DNA of 64,000 nucleotides from Gonapodya sp. JEL0774. Taxonomy: Eukaryota. Below, in pieces: positions 25,730 through 44,014 of the stretch. Where the stretch lies: contig JADIIX010000061.1 of NCBI GenBank assembly GCA_027604505.1, positions 1 through 64,000 of the forward strand. Reading direction: 5' to 3'. A program made the translations under genes and the position numbers. The stretch's first letter is position 1, and every line of letters starts with the position of its first letter. Under the pieces are notes generated by a model. The model did no database searches. It saw only the letters and a list, made by a program, of their open reading frames with translations, and was not told the DNA's origin.

Positions 25730-26560
25730 TCACGCGTGTTTCACCCGCGCCCAGATGTTCCATCCTGCAGCCACAGCCATGCACAAATTCGCCGTGATCA
25801 TTCCTGCCGCTCGACCCCATCCAATTGCCATTCTAGTGCTTGAAATAGTTGAAGCCACAAGAACACGTCCGATCGTGAATGCTGTCACTGATTGAGGTGA
25901 TTGCGAAGAACGAATCGATCAGGACCTCAGGGACATCGCCATCACGCAATCCCACTCATGCCTGCTCACAAATGATCTTGAGGAATACCGGAGGTGCACC
26001 GCTCAGCTCCGCGAGTCCTTAGTGAGAGCAGGAATTTGGCTGGCCTCATCAGACGCATGTCCGTGGTTAAATGATGAAAGCTTACCGCAAAGAATGAGCA
26101 TTGTAGGTACGTTCTCGGTGAAGTTTCCATGAGTTCTTACTCTACGCATTAGTTCCCACCCTTTTGTGCCGTATCCGTTCCTCTGTAGATCACCGGACGT
26201 GAAGGACCGACATCGCGATCAGCAAGCCCGCACCAATGAACGCATTTTTATAACAGATAGCATCACATGAATAGTACGACACACTGAATGCTCACCACAG
26301 CTAGATCGTCCATCAACTTCCCGTTCTTGCCGTCCGAGTTGGCGATGATCTCCAAGACCTGCTCACGGGTTCCGTCTCCGAGTGAGATCAGTGCCTCGCC
26401 TCGAAATATGGCGACGCGGAAAGTGAGAACACCTAATAGCCGATTATGTGAAGGACAGGTGATCCGTTTGCGAACTCACCAACTAACCTTGAACGGGATG
26501 AAACTTACAGTGCATCAAACCCAGCGCTCCGGCAAACATGCCCGTGATTGGGAGATCCAT
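25730..26560 (-). CDS. MAPEG family membrane protein (5 short exons; not represented in the ORF track)
   Basis: Manual splicing gives MDLPITGMFAGALGLMH|CVLTFRVAIFRGEALISLGDGT...LAV|RNGYGTKGWELMRRVRTHGNFTENVPTMLILC|GLAELSGAPPVFLKII|LTAFTIGRVLV...GRAAGMITANLCMAVAAGWNIWARVKHA*. RxHGNFxE.VP is the MAPEG signature. Confidence 0.85.
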
Positions 26561-26749
26561 GAAAGAAAGAATCCCAGCTTAGCTATTACGTCTGTATTGG
26601 GGAAGGGAGATTCATGGAAAACCCCTTGTTTTGTGAGAACGCGGAAGATCAGGGGATGTTCCACTCTACAGCAGCGGATCCATGTCATTTTGCCGGACCG
26701 CCATCACAATAAAGCACACACGCAGAATGTTGTTTTTCGGAAGAGCGTT

Positions 26750-26880
26750 CTTTTTCTTTTTCTTTTTCTTTTTCTTTTTTTTTTTTTNNNNNNNNNNACT
26801 AACATTTTTTTTTTCTGCTGAGCTGTCAATTTTTATATTTTATTATTTTTTCTTTTTTATTATTGTTTTTTTTTTTTTAT
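26750..26880. repeat. T-rich low-complexity tract flanking an assembly gap (N at 26788-26797)
   Basis: Visible (TTTTTC)n and poly-T runs. Confidence 0.85.
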
Positions 26881-27815
26881 TGCAAAAATCTTACCGCGAT
26901 CACGAATCACGAAATACATTGTCACTGACGACACTGATTACTCTCGACCCGTCAAAACAACAGCCCAAAATCTCAGTCGCCTGTATTCACCACGATCACC
27001 TTTTTCAGAGTTGAATGTTCCGCCGCCCAGACGGGATCGGTTTTTGCCTTGTTGATCTCCCAAGCTCAGATGATGGAGATGCTCACGAAGCCTCCAAAGT
27101 AGCACGCAAAAGACATCCCTTTGCTTTAATAAATCAAGAGGTGAAACCGTTTCATTCGAGAACCTGCGATTGTGCACTCACAGCAGGCTTGCATGTAAAG
27201 AGGTACCCAGATGCTTCGATATACGAACGGTGCAGCGAGAAACACATTGGACACAGAACGCTTTTCACAGAAGTAATTAACACTGTCGCACTGTATTTAT
27301 TACTCACTGAGGCCGCCCAAGTTCCCTGCCATTGTGGGCACAGCGCTCGCAACCGCCACTGCCATGGTACCGCTCAAGAGATTTGTGCGATACACAAGAA
27401 TGAGGGGGACCTATTTACAATAACGAGCACACTGAGATTCCATGACATGATGTATCGCACTAAATTGATCTCACCGTAGGTCCAGTCATGGCAATCACAA
27501 AGAGCATGAAGCTGGAGGGATCAACTTGTCAATATCAAACGCGTGGAATTAGACATATTGGCACGAACTATCGGATTCCCGCATGCCAGAGATGGATCTG
27601 TCCTGTGACCAGAAGCGCACTGCCGAGTACACCCCGCAGAATAGGATATGCATCCGGCGCTCGCTGAGCTTGTCGGATTGCCAGCCACAGTACTGATCGA
27701 TACAATTTTTCTCTGGATTCTGCCATACATTGAACAATAATAGAAATGCCTTCCGCCACCCATGAACTGCCGCGAACGTGATAAACCTCTGGCCAGATTA
27801 CAGACCGAGCAACTC

Positions 27816-29371
27816 TCAAGCCGCCAACTTCCCCGACATTGCCTCCGCCAAATGTGCCAAGTGTGCTTCGGGAGGGTCTAGAAACAATGACGTCGGGTCG
27901 AGAAGGGTGAAGTCATTTCGGAAAATGAACGTACGAATCGCTCTCAGGCGCTTACCTGTTGAGTCCCATTGCGACCAGTGCATTTCGCGTATCCGCCGGA
28001 AATAGTTGTGAAGGTTCTCTCGAGCTCTGTTTCGTGTTTGACGCATACAGCGGTGGTCATGTTCGTGATTGCAATCACAGGGGGAGGAGCGCGTCTATAC
28101 TCACTCCACAGCCTTTGCAAACCCTGGTGCCGTCTCCTTAAAGTACACCGCATTCGACAACAACGCAAACAAGCTAGCGTCTGCACTGGTAGGATCTTCA
28201 GTTCCCAGCAACCACATGTGGTGACTGAGTTGGCTGGAGAGTGAGTCGAGGACACGGGGCAGCAGCTGCTCGAAGCGGTCCGTGGGGGTGTTACTGATGC
28301 CGGTGACGTCAAGTTCTTTAGCGGCGCTAGGATGACGAGAGCAAACTCGGAGCATGAAGAGATGGCCTTCAAGTCGATCTTTCCGGAACTCACCCCTTCC
28401 TCAACACTGAACCGACCACTCCTTGCATCCAGGACGGAAACCTGGCCTGTATCGCCTCAATAGACTTCTCCTGGCTCAAAACCCATTGTTCGTGCTGATA
28501 TCGATGTTTGTAACCGAAGAAGGGGTTACAGAATCACGTTTCAAGCACTACACAAAGAGCCCGCGCCTCCTTAAACACAAGCATCACCTGCAATATTCTC
28601 CATGCCTGCTCCTCAATGACCTTCCTCCATTCGGCGTCCTTCCTCCGAATTTCTTCCGTAGCTTCTCCATCCAACGGCGTGACCACCCCGTCCTTGATCA
28701 ATCCCGCGAATCCCTTTTGCGAGTCCTCGTACAGCTTTCCATTGTACGAGTACGCAGGCAGTTTGCGACTTGGGAATAGCGAAGGGGAGGTGAAATCGTT
28801 CTCGTAAGTGGTGGAGGTCAAGAGAAGGAGGGTCTCTGCTTTGAGGCAGAACAGAGACGTGCTCGGCGCTGTATCTTCACGCGGGAGCTGGTGGAGAATG
28901 ACTTTTTTTGTGGTTCCATCGAGAAATCGGGTTGGAGCTATTAATCCTGACTTGCCGGAAAAAGATGGACGAGGTGTATACACACCAGTGTCGGCAGGGA
29001 ACTTTTTCTTCCTTGCTTCGGTATCGCGCTGCTCCTGGTACCGTGCAATGTCACCGGAAATACCTTCCTGTGATTGATGAAAAGAGCGGCAGGTGATCCA
29101 ATCGTTAAGGAATGTCCAATACGTCCAATACCATTATTCACACTGTAAAGCTCAATGCATTCAACCACGCTCCATCGCATAGAATGCCCTTGCATGAGAC
29201 CTTTACTCCTACTCTCAGATCGGGCGCAGAATCTCGCCATTCCGATTCCTCCAGATCTGACACACTCACCCAAATGGCAACCGCGGGGATTCCCAAAAAC
29301 AACGCAGCGCCGACGTAGTCCAGAACTTTAGGGTGCGTGGGGATGCCTAGGGAGGTGAGGTATCCTGTCAT
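27816..29371 (-). CDS. FAX/metaxin-like glutathione S-transferase-fold protein with an N-terminal hydrophobic anchor
   Basis: GST_N FAX/metaxin type: VILHQLPREDTAPSTSLFCLKAETLL...YEN...RKLPAYSYNGKLYEDS. GST_C: LDSLSSQLSHHMWLLGTEDPTSADASLFALL...NLHNYFRRIREMHW. Multi-exon. Confidence 0.8.
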
Positions 29372-30437
29372 TGTGGGGTACTGGACACTGGAGCAAAGTT
29401 CATGGAAGTCGTACGCCTGACTCACAGGCAACTGCGTGAAACCACCCCTCAACCTTTACACCCCAAGCTTCCCCCTCAAGCTGTTTTTAGCGTATGCACG
29501 ATATATTCCGGTAGGGTAATATACAAGTTGCTCGGAAATGTAATGAAAACCGAACATCAAGACCCGCCCTCAAGTTCGTCACTACATAGGACTGCCGTGT
29601 GCTAATATTTATGTGGATAATATTAATGTACAGACACCAGGATTGCGTCCCCACTTTTGAGACCTTTTGCTTCATTTGATGTGAACATGCTACGAGCGTC
29701 TTGAGAGTCTGTTCACTGACCAGGAAGAGGGGTGGAGCAGTCCACGGTCGGTCCCATACTCGTGGTCCACAATGCGTCGTAATGCGAGACAGCGAGCTAT
29801 CCAAGACGGGAGGCTATGTGACGCGAAAGGATAAGGACGTGAGTGGCGGTGTGGGTTGTCTGTTGACACGAGAAAGTCGAATAGCGGGAGGAACGCTGCA
29901 GCGGAAAGAGAAGTTCAGGCGTCACATAAGCACATGTTCTCGCAGTTTTTTTTTGTGCATTTTTTGGATCTGATACAGCAGCAATCCCCAGTCAGAATGT
30001 CGGTACCCCGCCAAACAGCAAAGAGCGGCACAGCCACGAACTTCGTGGTATCAGGTTCCCATTTCCAGGACACGACAATTCAGAGGGCTTTGGGAGAGCG
30101 GAGACGAAGAAGACAAACGAGGACACCAATTAAATTGGAACTGATATTTGTTGGGGATTGATCAATTGGGAAGGTCGGCCGGATTGGAGTTGGGACAGGC
30201 GCGCTTGACCGAATCTTATCACGGACATCGTCTGAGAGAGAGAGCGCAGTTAAAGCGCAAGAGTCAGCGATCGAGTTGAGAATTCAGAAACAGAGCGAGG
30301 AAGCTCGGCGTCGACAGAGAATATAGTGGGGGGAACAGCTCGGTCAAGCAAACGGGACCGAGGCCGAAGGACGAGTCCGGTCACGGACAATTTGGTTCCA
30401 CTCCACGTGATCTTAACACACTTTCAAGCTCTTGGAG

Positions 30438-35323
<4,886 letters not shown>

Positions 35324-35720
35324 TCAACTCCCTGCTACGTGTGGGATGGGATGGCTTGTCCTGGCCTTCGTCAGTTGAGGATATGTATAGAAACACGGGT
35401 ACGAGAAGTAGTAGCTTAATGCAGTTTGGGCGCCAATTTGAGGTAGCTCAGTCCGCCACCTGTGTTGAATGTGAACGGGGTTGGTGCTGTCTTTGTCAAG
35501 ACTGATTTATCAATATGACTATCGAATGGTCATCGTTCTCTTGTGGGAGTGCGGGTTCTGCTGCAGGTAAAGAGCGAAGCAATCGAACTCGACCCGGCAT
35601 ATGCGCACGATCCACCGCGAAGATATGGTGCCTCTCTCATTCAATTCAATTTCTAGCACCAAATACACACCGACGCATAATCACACACAATACCCAAAAC
35701 ACAGACTCTTTCTGCGACTC

Positions 35721-37348
35721 TCAGAGCTTCCCGTCGGACTTAGCCACCGCAGACTCCTTCAAGATGGTCATGGGTCCCACCTTCTTTATGATGGTGCGCT
35801 CCTCCTCCGACGTTGCCACCAATAATCCCGCGATGCCCATGGAGTGCACGTGGATATCGTGGGGGCGGTGGTGAGTGCGTGGAACGACGTAAATGAACTC
35901 CCTAGTGGGTCAGCGGATTCGGTTTGAGTGGGTCAGATCCCAACACAGCAGGTACAAGGTGACCGTGACGGTGAGTTGACCAAGCGCCAACAGAGGACAC
36001 AGTGGGCATCACAGCACGCACTGCGTACTCCCCACTCTCCACTCCTTTTATGACGCCCGGAACGTACCTCGTCATGACAAAGTTTGACGCCATGGCCGAC
36101 TCGTGAAAGTCCTCAAACTTTGGATCGAACGCCTTGTAATGATCCTCGAGTTGGGCCCTCGACACACCCAAAGGCGCGTAGGCGGCCTCGTAGGCTAGGG
36201 TGTAAAGGTTGTGGATTTGGGCGGCGGCGAGAGGAGTGGCGACGTGGGACGATTGGCGGAGGGAGGCGGGGAGGAGGACCACCGAGTGGTGGAAGGGGAG
36301 GGAGGGGAGGGAGAAGGGAACGCCTTTATACAGGAGTAGATGAGGTGTGAGGTGTGGGGATGATGAGTATAGCAGCCGACACTGGGCAACTTTTATGTCG
36401 AAAGGTTTGCAGTACCTGGCTTTTTTCCCTCTTTCCTCACGAGTTCCGCGATGGGGAAATCCTTCCACGGCAGAATCTGTAAATGCCTGTGATGCACACT
36501 ACACCCCGACGCGATACCGTTGTTGTGGAATGCAAAGGCGCGTTGGGCGTCGGGGTCAGGGTTGGGTGTGCCGTCGTCGAGGTACGAAGAACGGCCGGAT
36601 TCGAACGAGAGGAGCGAGCGCCACAGAGTGGAGATGTCGGAGGGGGAGAGGAGGCAAGATTGGTTATAGAAATCTGGGCGAGGGCGCACGTTGAAAGACG
36701 TTGAGATGGGGAAAAGAGTGAGAGAGAAGGAGGGGTGGGGTTCTTGCGTATGTTCTTGGGGAGAGAACCTACCCTTTGTGGTGACCAAGATATGGTCTTT
36801 GGCCACCGTGAACTTGTTGAGTACAACTTGGTAGTCCGAATCCTCCACAGGTCCGACAAGGAGCTGTAAGGCACATAATGTATGAAGGGGATGTGTTCGG
36901 ATTCTGTTACATAAACCAAGAACATACACAGGCGGCCCCGAAAGAGGACTCACATCAGCCTGCGGCGGGAAGAATGGATTAAAACGCTTTACGGGTTTAG
37001 GAGGCGGGGCGGGAGGAGCAGCTGCATTCGATGGAAGCGTCGGTTTGAATCCGAACGCGGGTGCGAACAGGCTGCAAGATGGTGCTTTAGTTCGTGGCCG
37101 GTCTGAATGGGTCAAGATTTCATTCTCGGCTCACATTTGGAACTAAAGAAGAAAGTATTGGTGTAAGGAAGAGAGATTGATCGTTGACCAGTGGTATCGC
37201 GTATCCAACTTCGGCAGCGTTCGAACCGAACACACACCTTCATTCCCCCATCCTCGATGATTTCGATTGTCGATGGGGCAAACAAAAGCTCTTTTTTGGC
37301 GAGAGCCTTGTCGAAAGTCGATCTGACCCGTGCGGCGAGAGAAGTCAT
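35721..37348 (-). CDS. Ap4A phosphorylase / ATP adenylyltransferase (Apa1/Apa2 family)
   Basis: FNPFFPP, VLNKFTVAKDHILVTTK, AFHNNGIASGCSVHHRHLQILP (HxHxQ), SNFVMT and HSMGIAGLLV; ends AKSDGKL*. Confidence 0.88.
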
Positions 37349-37780
37349 TGCAAATCTGGAGAGTGCCGGCGGGTGTGTCGAGAGCAGACCCCCACACCAA
37401 GACCTCAGAACATATTCCACGTACTATATGTAGTAGGGTTCAAAAATACAGAGACAGGCGCGCGAACTTGTGGGGGTGGTGCATTATTCTATTTTCTGAG
37501 AATACAATCCGGGTGGAGATCAGAACGAAACAAGATGAATTATTACTGATTATGAAAGGTGAAATGTGACGAACGATGAAGATAACATATGAGAAGAAAG
37601 AGTGATGTTTGTGATGGTGCGGCTTGGGGCATTAACCGCGGAGGAATCCAGTTGCGTGCATCTGACACGATAATTATCGAGACACCTTCGGCTCCCTTGG
37701 ATCTTCCGTCTCTCCCACGCCATTTTGTTTTGGACGACCGGCTTTTGTCATAATCCAGGCTTTGTCTTCGATGTCCTAGA

Positions 37781-38971
37781 TCACCTCCACCGATTGGTCT
37801 TCTTGCTCTTCCGGGCCTCATATGCTTCACTGATTCGAAACACAACAGCCACAACTGGACCTGACAACGAAGATCTACCACGGGGTGCTTCTTCAAAGCT
37901 CCCGCGTCCTGTGGATGTCTGAGTTCGGGTTTCTGGATTCAAGGTGGACTTTGCGGGCTTTGGTGCGTCAGGTAGACCGAGTTCGGGAGGCGGAGAAAGC
38001 GCAGTGGGAGCGTGGATGCCTGAGGGAACAGAAGGGCCCATTTCGGGAGAGAGGGGGAACACAAAGGAGGAGTTGTCGGATGAGATTGTAGATGTGTACG
38101 AGTTTCCAGAGTCCGTTGGCGTGCGACTGGGAGGACGATCAACAGCGGAGAATGCATATCGCAGGAGGTTTGGTTTCGATAGCTCAGAGAGGTGGGGTCC
38201 ATTGGCTCTCGTTGGGTCCACGGGACCCGCAACTTGTGCACGAGGAAAGAATGTTGTATGGAGGGATCAGGAAAGGGGCTTCCACACTCTGGACACATTG
38301 AGAGCTCACGTTTTGCAGGCATCTCGCCTTTGCTCCATGATCCACCGACCACTTCTACCGATGGGTTATACCTTGGTCTCCGACGGAGGGAGCGCCATGC
38401 AACTCCCAAAGCGATGAGGAAGACCAGGAATCCGCCAACAGCGGCAATTGCAGCTATCACTGTGGGAGATAAAACTTGCTGCGTAGTAGCCGATGACGTC
38501 GCAAGCTTTGAAGGTGTTGGTGTAACTCCGCCTGCGGATTTCAGGATGTGGCGTCAGGGACCATGACACTCCCCTCAACACACCGGGTGTAACGAATAAA
38601 CACCTGAAACGAGCGAGCCCAAGTAGGTTGTAGTCGTAGTATGAGCCATAGCATTGTCGCCTGATTGTTCGATAGTCGTAGGTTCTACGGAGAATGCGTG
38701 TCCAGTGACCGTTCGTGACCGTTCAGGGACACAAATCAGGCCGGCGGAGGGGCCCGTCAAAGGCATCAACATACGTACCCAAGCTCTGACGCGGTCTTAA
38801 TCTAGATTCTGCCGTTCCTACGTGCTGCCAAGCTTTCTGATCCGCGATCTGGCGTGGATTGCCCAGACGCGACTTGAGGTGACCGGCACCGAGAGCAGCT
38901 TTGACTAACACTGTTGATGAGACACCCCACACTGCGACCAGCGCATGCAAGTTTCGAGAATAGACGAGCAT
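37781..38971 (-). CDS. Type I single-pass membrane protein of unknown function
   Basis: Signal-peptide-like N-terminus, Thr/Ser-rich spliced ectodomain, TM VIAAIAAVGGFLVFLIALGVAW followed by RSLRRRPR, and a Ser/Pro-rich tail after an inferred intron. The 3' end is uncertain. Confidence 0.55.
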
Positions 38972-39722
38972 CGTGGGGTGTTTTGGGGGACAGGATGGGA
39001 ATGTAATGAATTCGACGAGATCGCGATAATTATTGTCTCATGTTTTAGTAGTTGAACCTAGATGGTGGCTCGGAACAAAACCCGCCCCCCGGATCATTTT
39101 TGAGGTCCGTATTATACCCCACATCAAGACATCTGTGAACTATAAAAGCCACACTTTCCACAATAAAGTACCAGCACGACTTTTTCATACCGGCCGCCAA
39201 TCAGGGAGAGCAAATTTTCCCGTGCTTACTGTCAAAAAACGTCTGCGACAGATGATTGAACACTTCGCGTCATCTCCATATACATCTATGCAGGGTATTT
39301 ATTGCGAGCCCGAAGTGAGCGAAGCGAGGGAGGGTGAAGCGTTTGGTTTGTCCGTGTGAGGGGTGATAGTACAGAGTAGTTCAACGCAACAAAGCATACC
39401 CCACCTGACCCTCCCGACCGGCCGGCGTTCCAGCAATTGGGGAAGCACAAATGAAAAAGAATCCACAGTGCGCCTGTCTGGAATATGCCTGTGCTTCCGC
39501 CATCACACTAACAGCTATAATTTGAAGATCTACATTCCGATCACCACTACACTGCTAGCGGCCTGAAATGCGCTCCAGCTGAGACAGCGTTGGCGAGAAT
39601 GTGCGGATGCATTTGCACAGATACGACAGTGCACGGGCTCCCGTCCTAAGCAACATCCGCTGGGCACGGAATATGTAGTCTAATTGTCCGCGCTCCAAAT
39701 CCGAAAGTCCGATTCCCGTCCG

Positions 39723-40977
39723 ATGGCATCCGCGTTCACGGCTCTCGCGAGCTTTTTCTCCTTTCTCACCACGCATCAATTGCGATTCCCCCTTGGTCCA
39801 TTGGGAACGCTCGCCTTGCCCCTGTTTCCCGTCCTGCATGGATTCGTCGTCTCGTGGACGTACAAGACGACCCAGGAACCGGGAATTCCATTCGTTCAGG
39901 CATTACGTATGTTGAATACTTGGTTGCAAACGCGTCGATGGTTTTCTTTGAGTCGGGGAGTCGACTCAGATACCCGATGATGTGTGAGCATGTCACCCAC
40001 AAACCCATGTCCGATTTCATTCGTGCTCATCATCAACGGTCGATCTAGTGTCGTACCTCTTGATGCTCTTTGCCGGTAATGTCAACATCGCGATCCTTAC
40101 TGCCAGACCCGCCGGCTTCCTGTCAAACTTTGCGATGCCCACTGTGGGTCAAGTGCACTTCTGGTTTCCATCCTCATTCGTCACACTCAATTCATTTCCT
40201 GGTACCTTTTTTCCCGCTCGGCATCTCTTGCTTTCTGTTGTACGCATGCCGACCTGAACATCCACGTCCCCCCCATTCCAGTACGCCCTCGTCTTCTCTC
40301 TCTTCTCCCTCCCGGCACCCTTCTCCCCCCTCCCCCACGTCCGCTCCTACCCCCTCCCCATGTCTCTCCTCTACTCCTTCATCGACGGTCTAGCCCGTTC
40401 CGCCGGCATTCACGCCACCCTCCACCACCTCCGGCATACCCCTGCACCCCACCAGGCCCACCTGGCCAACAACCTGTTCGGCATGTGGGTACTCGCCACC
40501 ATCGCGGCATCCTCGGGTGGATTGGTCGATGGCTTGCTGAGTCTCAGGAAGCGCGAGTGGAAGTTTGCCACGCCGAGTGCCGTATCCTCCTGGAAGGCCG
40601 GCACGTACACCCGCATCGTGGCAGCCGTCAGCGCGGTCTACATTGCCCTCACAGACCCGCTTGTCTTCCAATGGACCGCTCACGTGGGGCACGAGGTGGG
40701 ACTCGGGGATTGGTCGGGGTCCGTATCCCATGCCAAGAACGGACAACCCACAACTCCTCCTCCGTCCCACACGGGCTTGGTATCCCCCTCCACCGCCCAA
40801 GTCCTTTCCGCCATCTTACTCATCACGGGCCACGTGTACGTTCTCCTGGTGATGCCGTACCTAGACGCGCACGCCGACACGGGGGCGGCGGCGGGCGCGG
40901 GAAAGGTCCCGGCACCAGTGGGGAACGGCAGCGGGAACGGGACTGGCAAGGACGACGATAAAGTGAAGAAGGGGTGA
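39723..40977 (+). CDS. TRIC/TMEM38-like multi-pass membrane protein
   Basis: About 6-7 hydrophobic segments. LLMLFAGNVNIAILTARPAGFL and ATIAASSGGLVDGLL...WKFATP resemble the two repeats of the TRIC fold. Confidence 0.55.
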
Positions 40978-41380
40978 ACTTTGGCCCGAAGGCGAAACCT
41001 TGTGGATCGAACCTCGCGGAAATGTGTGTCAGGGCAGTGACCGCACGCCAGATTGACATTGGACGCCGGCGCGTTTGCACGACCCGAGTATCTCAGATAC
41101 TGCACAATTAGCACACTTTATTTCGAACCACCTAGATTATTCGCCACAGGGTGCTCTTTGTACCGTCAGCCGGTTTGTCATTGTCGACAGTGCAATACAC
41201 CCGCGCCAAGACAACAATAATAAGAAATATGTTCGAGGTCGACAAAATATATACCTCGTGTCCACAAAGTCAAAGTCCCTACCAATACCACCAGCCGCCT
41301 ACTCCCCAAGTCAGAACCCTCACCCCCCCTCTCCCCCTCGCCCCGCCCCCCCCCCCCAACCGCACACCTCCACTCCCGTG

Positions 41381-42659
41381 TCACCGCTTCCTCAACACAT
41401 TCTCCAACCTCCCGTTCGCGGTGCTCACTTTCCCCTGCGTCATCTCCACCTTTACTCGCGCCTCGTCGATCGTCCTATTCTGCACCTCGAGTTCCTCATT
41501 CATGGCCAGTCCGGCGAGTTTCAGCCTGCCCAACACGCTCCCCATGGCCTCCAGATTCCGGTCCGTCTCCGAATCCAAATCCGCATCCGTCAATGTTGCC
41601 GAGCTCCATCCACTCAGAGGACCCTCTTTGGTCAGGCCGGACCTCACCCCGGCCTCTGCCCTGCCCCGACCTGCCATCTCCTCCATCCTGGCCCTCCTCA
41701 GCACCGTCTCCTTCTCCTCCCTCCGCCTCCTCTCTTCGCCAGTCTCGCCCACCCCCACGGCCGCCATGGCCCGTGTCGTCACGTCGTCCGTTGGGGCGTC
41801 GAGTTCCATGCCCGGGCGGTAGTTTCTGGCGCGAACGGGCATCCAAAAGGGCCGGTTGAGTATTTCTAGGTCCCGGGCGTGGGCGGCGGCGGCGGTGGCG
41901 TGGGAAGAGGCGGAGTCGAGGCGGCCGTTGGCGCGGGAGATGCGTTCTGGTAGGGCAACGAACGGTGAGGTGAAGGGTGGCAGACATGAACGGCCCAATC
42001 ATGGTCCGCCTTTTCGTCCAGTCATCTGTGTTCCAGTGGTGATTTCATCCAGTGATGGTTTCACTGCTCCTGAGGCAGACATGCGAGCGCGGCAATCATG
42101 CTCGGTGTTCTCCTCACGGCATAGGTATTCCAGTGTCCAGTGGTTATTTGCTCGCTTCTCAGATACAAAAAGTGCGTCTCTCCCATTCTCGTATCATATT
42201 CTGCTGTCAAACTCTTGTTGTCAACATCAACTCACCTCCTTGCCGCACCACCGTTTCGAGGCTGGACGATGCCATGCCTTCAATCTCGTAGAGCCTCTCG
42301 AGCGCCCTCCTGGACCCATCTCTCGTCTCTGTTTTGGTCTCTCTGACCCATCCTTGGATCCTCCTGTTCTGCTCCTCGACGTCCAAGTCACGGAGGGAAT
42401 CCGGGTCCCGTTCGTGCCTCTCCCGGTACGCTCCGCGGTCGTTGGTGGCTCCGGAGAAGAGAGCCGACCTGTCGTCGGCATATGAAGGGTAAGAGGGCTT
42501 CTCGCGGCGGTTAGCGGTTGAATGGGGAGAATTGTCTGAATTTGTCGTTTCTTCGAATCGGCGCTGATTAGAGCTGTGTTTTGTCTTTGGATCTGGCGTT
42601 TGTTGAAGGTTTTCTGAAGTTTCAGATTCTTGTTTTCGTCTCGAGAATACTTTGAACAT
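41381..42659 (-). CDS. SEC9: Qbc-SNARE Sec9/SNAP-25 family
   Basis: Two SNARE motifs, TRDGSRRALERLYEIEGMASSSLETVVRQG and ETDRNLEAMGSVLGRLKLAGLAMNEELEVQNRTIDE, with no TM anchor. Confidence 0.85.
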
Positions 42660-43573
42660 TGTTGTTGTGCAGCGAACGGAACTCGGGCGGTGATCAGACT
42701 GCGAAGCTGTGGCCAGTGCAGTCAGGGCGTCTTTCCCAGCGAAATCGGTCCAAGAAATAGCTCGGGACATCTAAATTTGTGTCGTTTGCAAGTACAATAC
42801 AGAGTTTATCTTTGTCCGTTTGCAATGATGTTTCCGGTGCTTCTCGTATGTTCCGCTGAGCCATTCTTCCCCACCACCGTCTGGCGTCTACAGACTGCCA
42901 CGATTGCCGTGACGGGTATACAGTCTTTGTTCATACATGCGAGATTGGAAGATGTGACAAGAAACGGTGACGTGTGGTATGTCCGTGCAAATACATTGTG
43001 TATCGACACATAATGAATCATCCAAACTACCAGAAACCCCCCAATTGTCCACATTGAGCCGCATCTATGCACTCTCACGCTGCGATCATGAGCCTGAAAC
43101 TGCCGACCTCTTCCACGCACTCCAGTGCCCGCCATCCCCAAACCATCGTTGCCACCGGGTCCTCGGATTCCCCCATCTTCCGCGCACTTTCTAACAACTT
43201 TTGAATTTTGAATCGGTGTATATATGGTGCGTGGAAGCTATTTTAGCTATAACCGAACACTTTTTGAACGAATCATGTGTGGGAGTCGTCTGTCGATCTA
43301 TTGTCCACCAAATCGCCAGCGACTCTGAATGCATTAGTGCTATCACATACTAAAGAAGTATGGGCTTATGTACATTCTCTTGCACCTTCGGAGCATGCTT
43401 ACCCGGTCCCATACATTCCCCAAAAGTACCTGGGATTGATCAGGCTTGTATAACATGCCTCGTGCATCATAACTAACGCCTTTTCCATAGAGATTTGCCA
43501 ATGATACTAGATCTCATTATCAGCTAACAGACGAGTTTTTGGTATCCAGTGGCACCCGCCCGACCAACATCGA

Positions 43574-44014
43574 TTAGAGGCCACAACCGTCCTCGAGTTC
43601 CCAACGCAACCTGTTGATCCAGTCTCCGTTCAGGCGCTCATCTGATCCACCTAGGTTTCGTTGTTCTACTTTCCAAATCTTGTCCGCGATACTAGCCACT
43701 TCATCTCTTTCTCTCACAGTCAATCCCCACCACATATTCAAAAGATCGCCATCTGCGACACAGCCATCACCGCATCTCGCACGCATGCGATGCACCGAGC
43801 AGTCTCCTCCCATGATGGGATTGATTGCGGGCTGAGTGCTCAGTGCTTGCCAAACAGCAGCGAGTTTGTTGTACGTTTCGGAACTCAGTGGCACCAAGTG
43901 GAGGAGCGAGCGTAGCAGGGTGCACATGAGAACGTTCTGAGGTCGTCGCAGTTCCAGACTTATGTTAGGTGTTCTATAGATCTCCGACACGATCGCCGGT
44001 TTTGTCGGAGACAC
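43574..44014 (-). CDS. Hypothetical protein (probably the last exon of a spliced gene that may start near 44580)
   Basis: 146-aa ORF with protein-like composition in an otherwise unexplained gap; no recognised motif. Confidence 0.3.
   Translation of the reverse strand: MSPTKPAIVSEIYRTPNISLELRRPQNVLMCTLLRSLLHLVPLSSETYNKLAAVWQALSTQPAINPIMGGDCSVHRMRARCGDGCVADGDLLNMWWGLTVRERDEVASIADKIWKVEQRNLGGSDERLNGDWINRLRWELEDGCGL

Noticed and set aside
26682..27014. Poly-Phe ORFs
   Set aside because: Translation of the T-rich tract around an assembly gap.
35721..35732. C-terminal GKL of the Apa1-like protein as a peroxisomal signal
   Set aside because: Non-canonical PTS1 with no supporting evidence.
41075..42485. 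Several + strand ORFs of 200-260 aa
   Set aside because: Antisense shadows of the GC-rich SEC9 gene.
43468..43500. CGCCTTTT...AGATTT resemblance to U5 snRNA loop 1
   Set aside because: The loop sequence deviates and the 5' stem partner is missing. It reads better as a branch point plus acceptor, or as chance.
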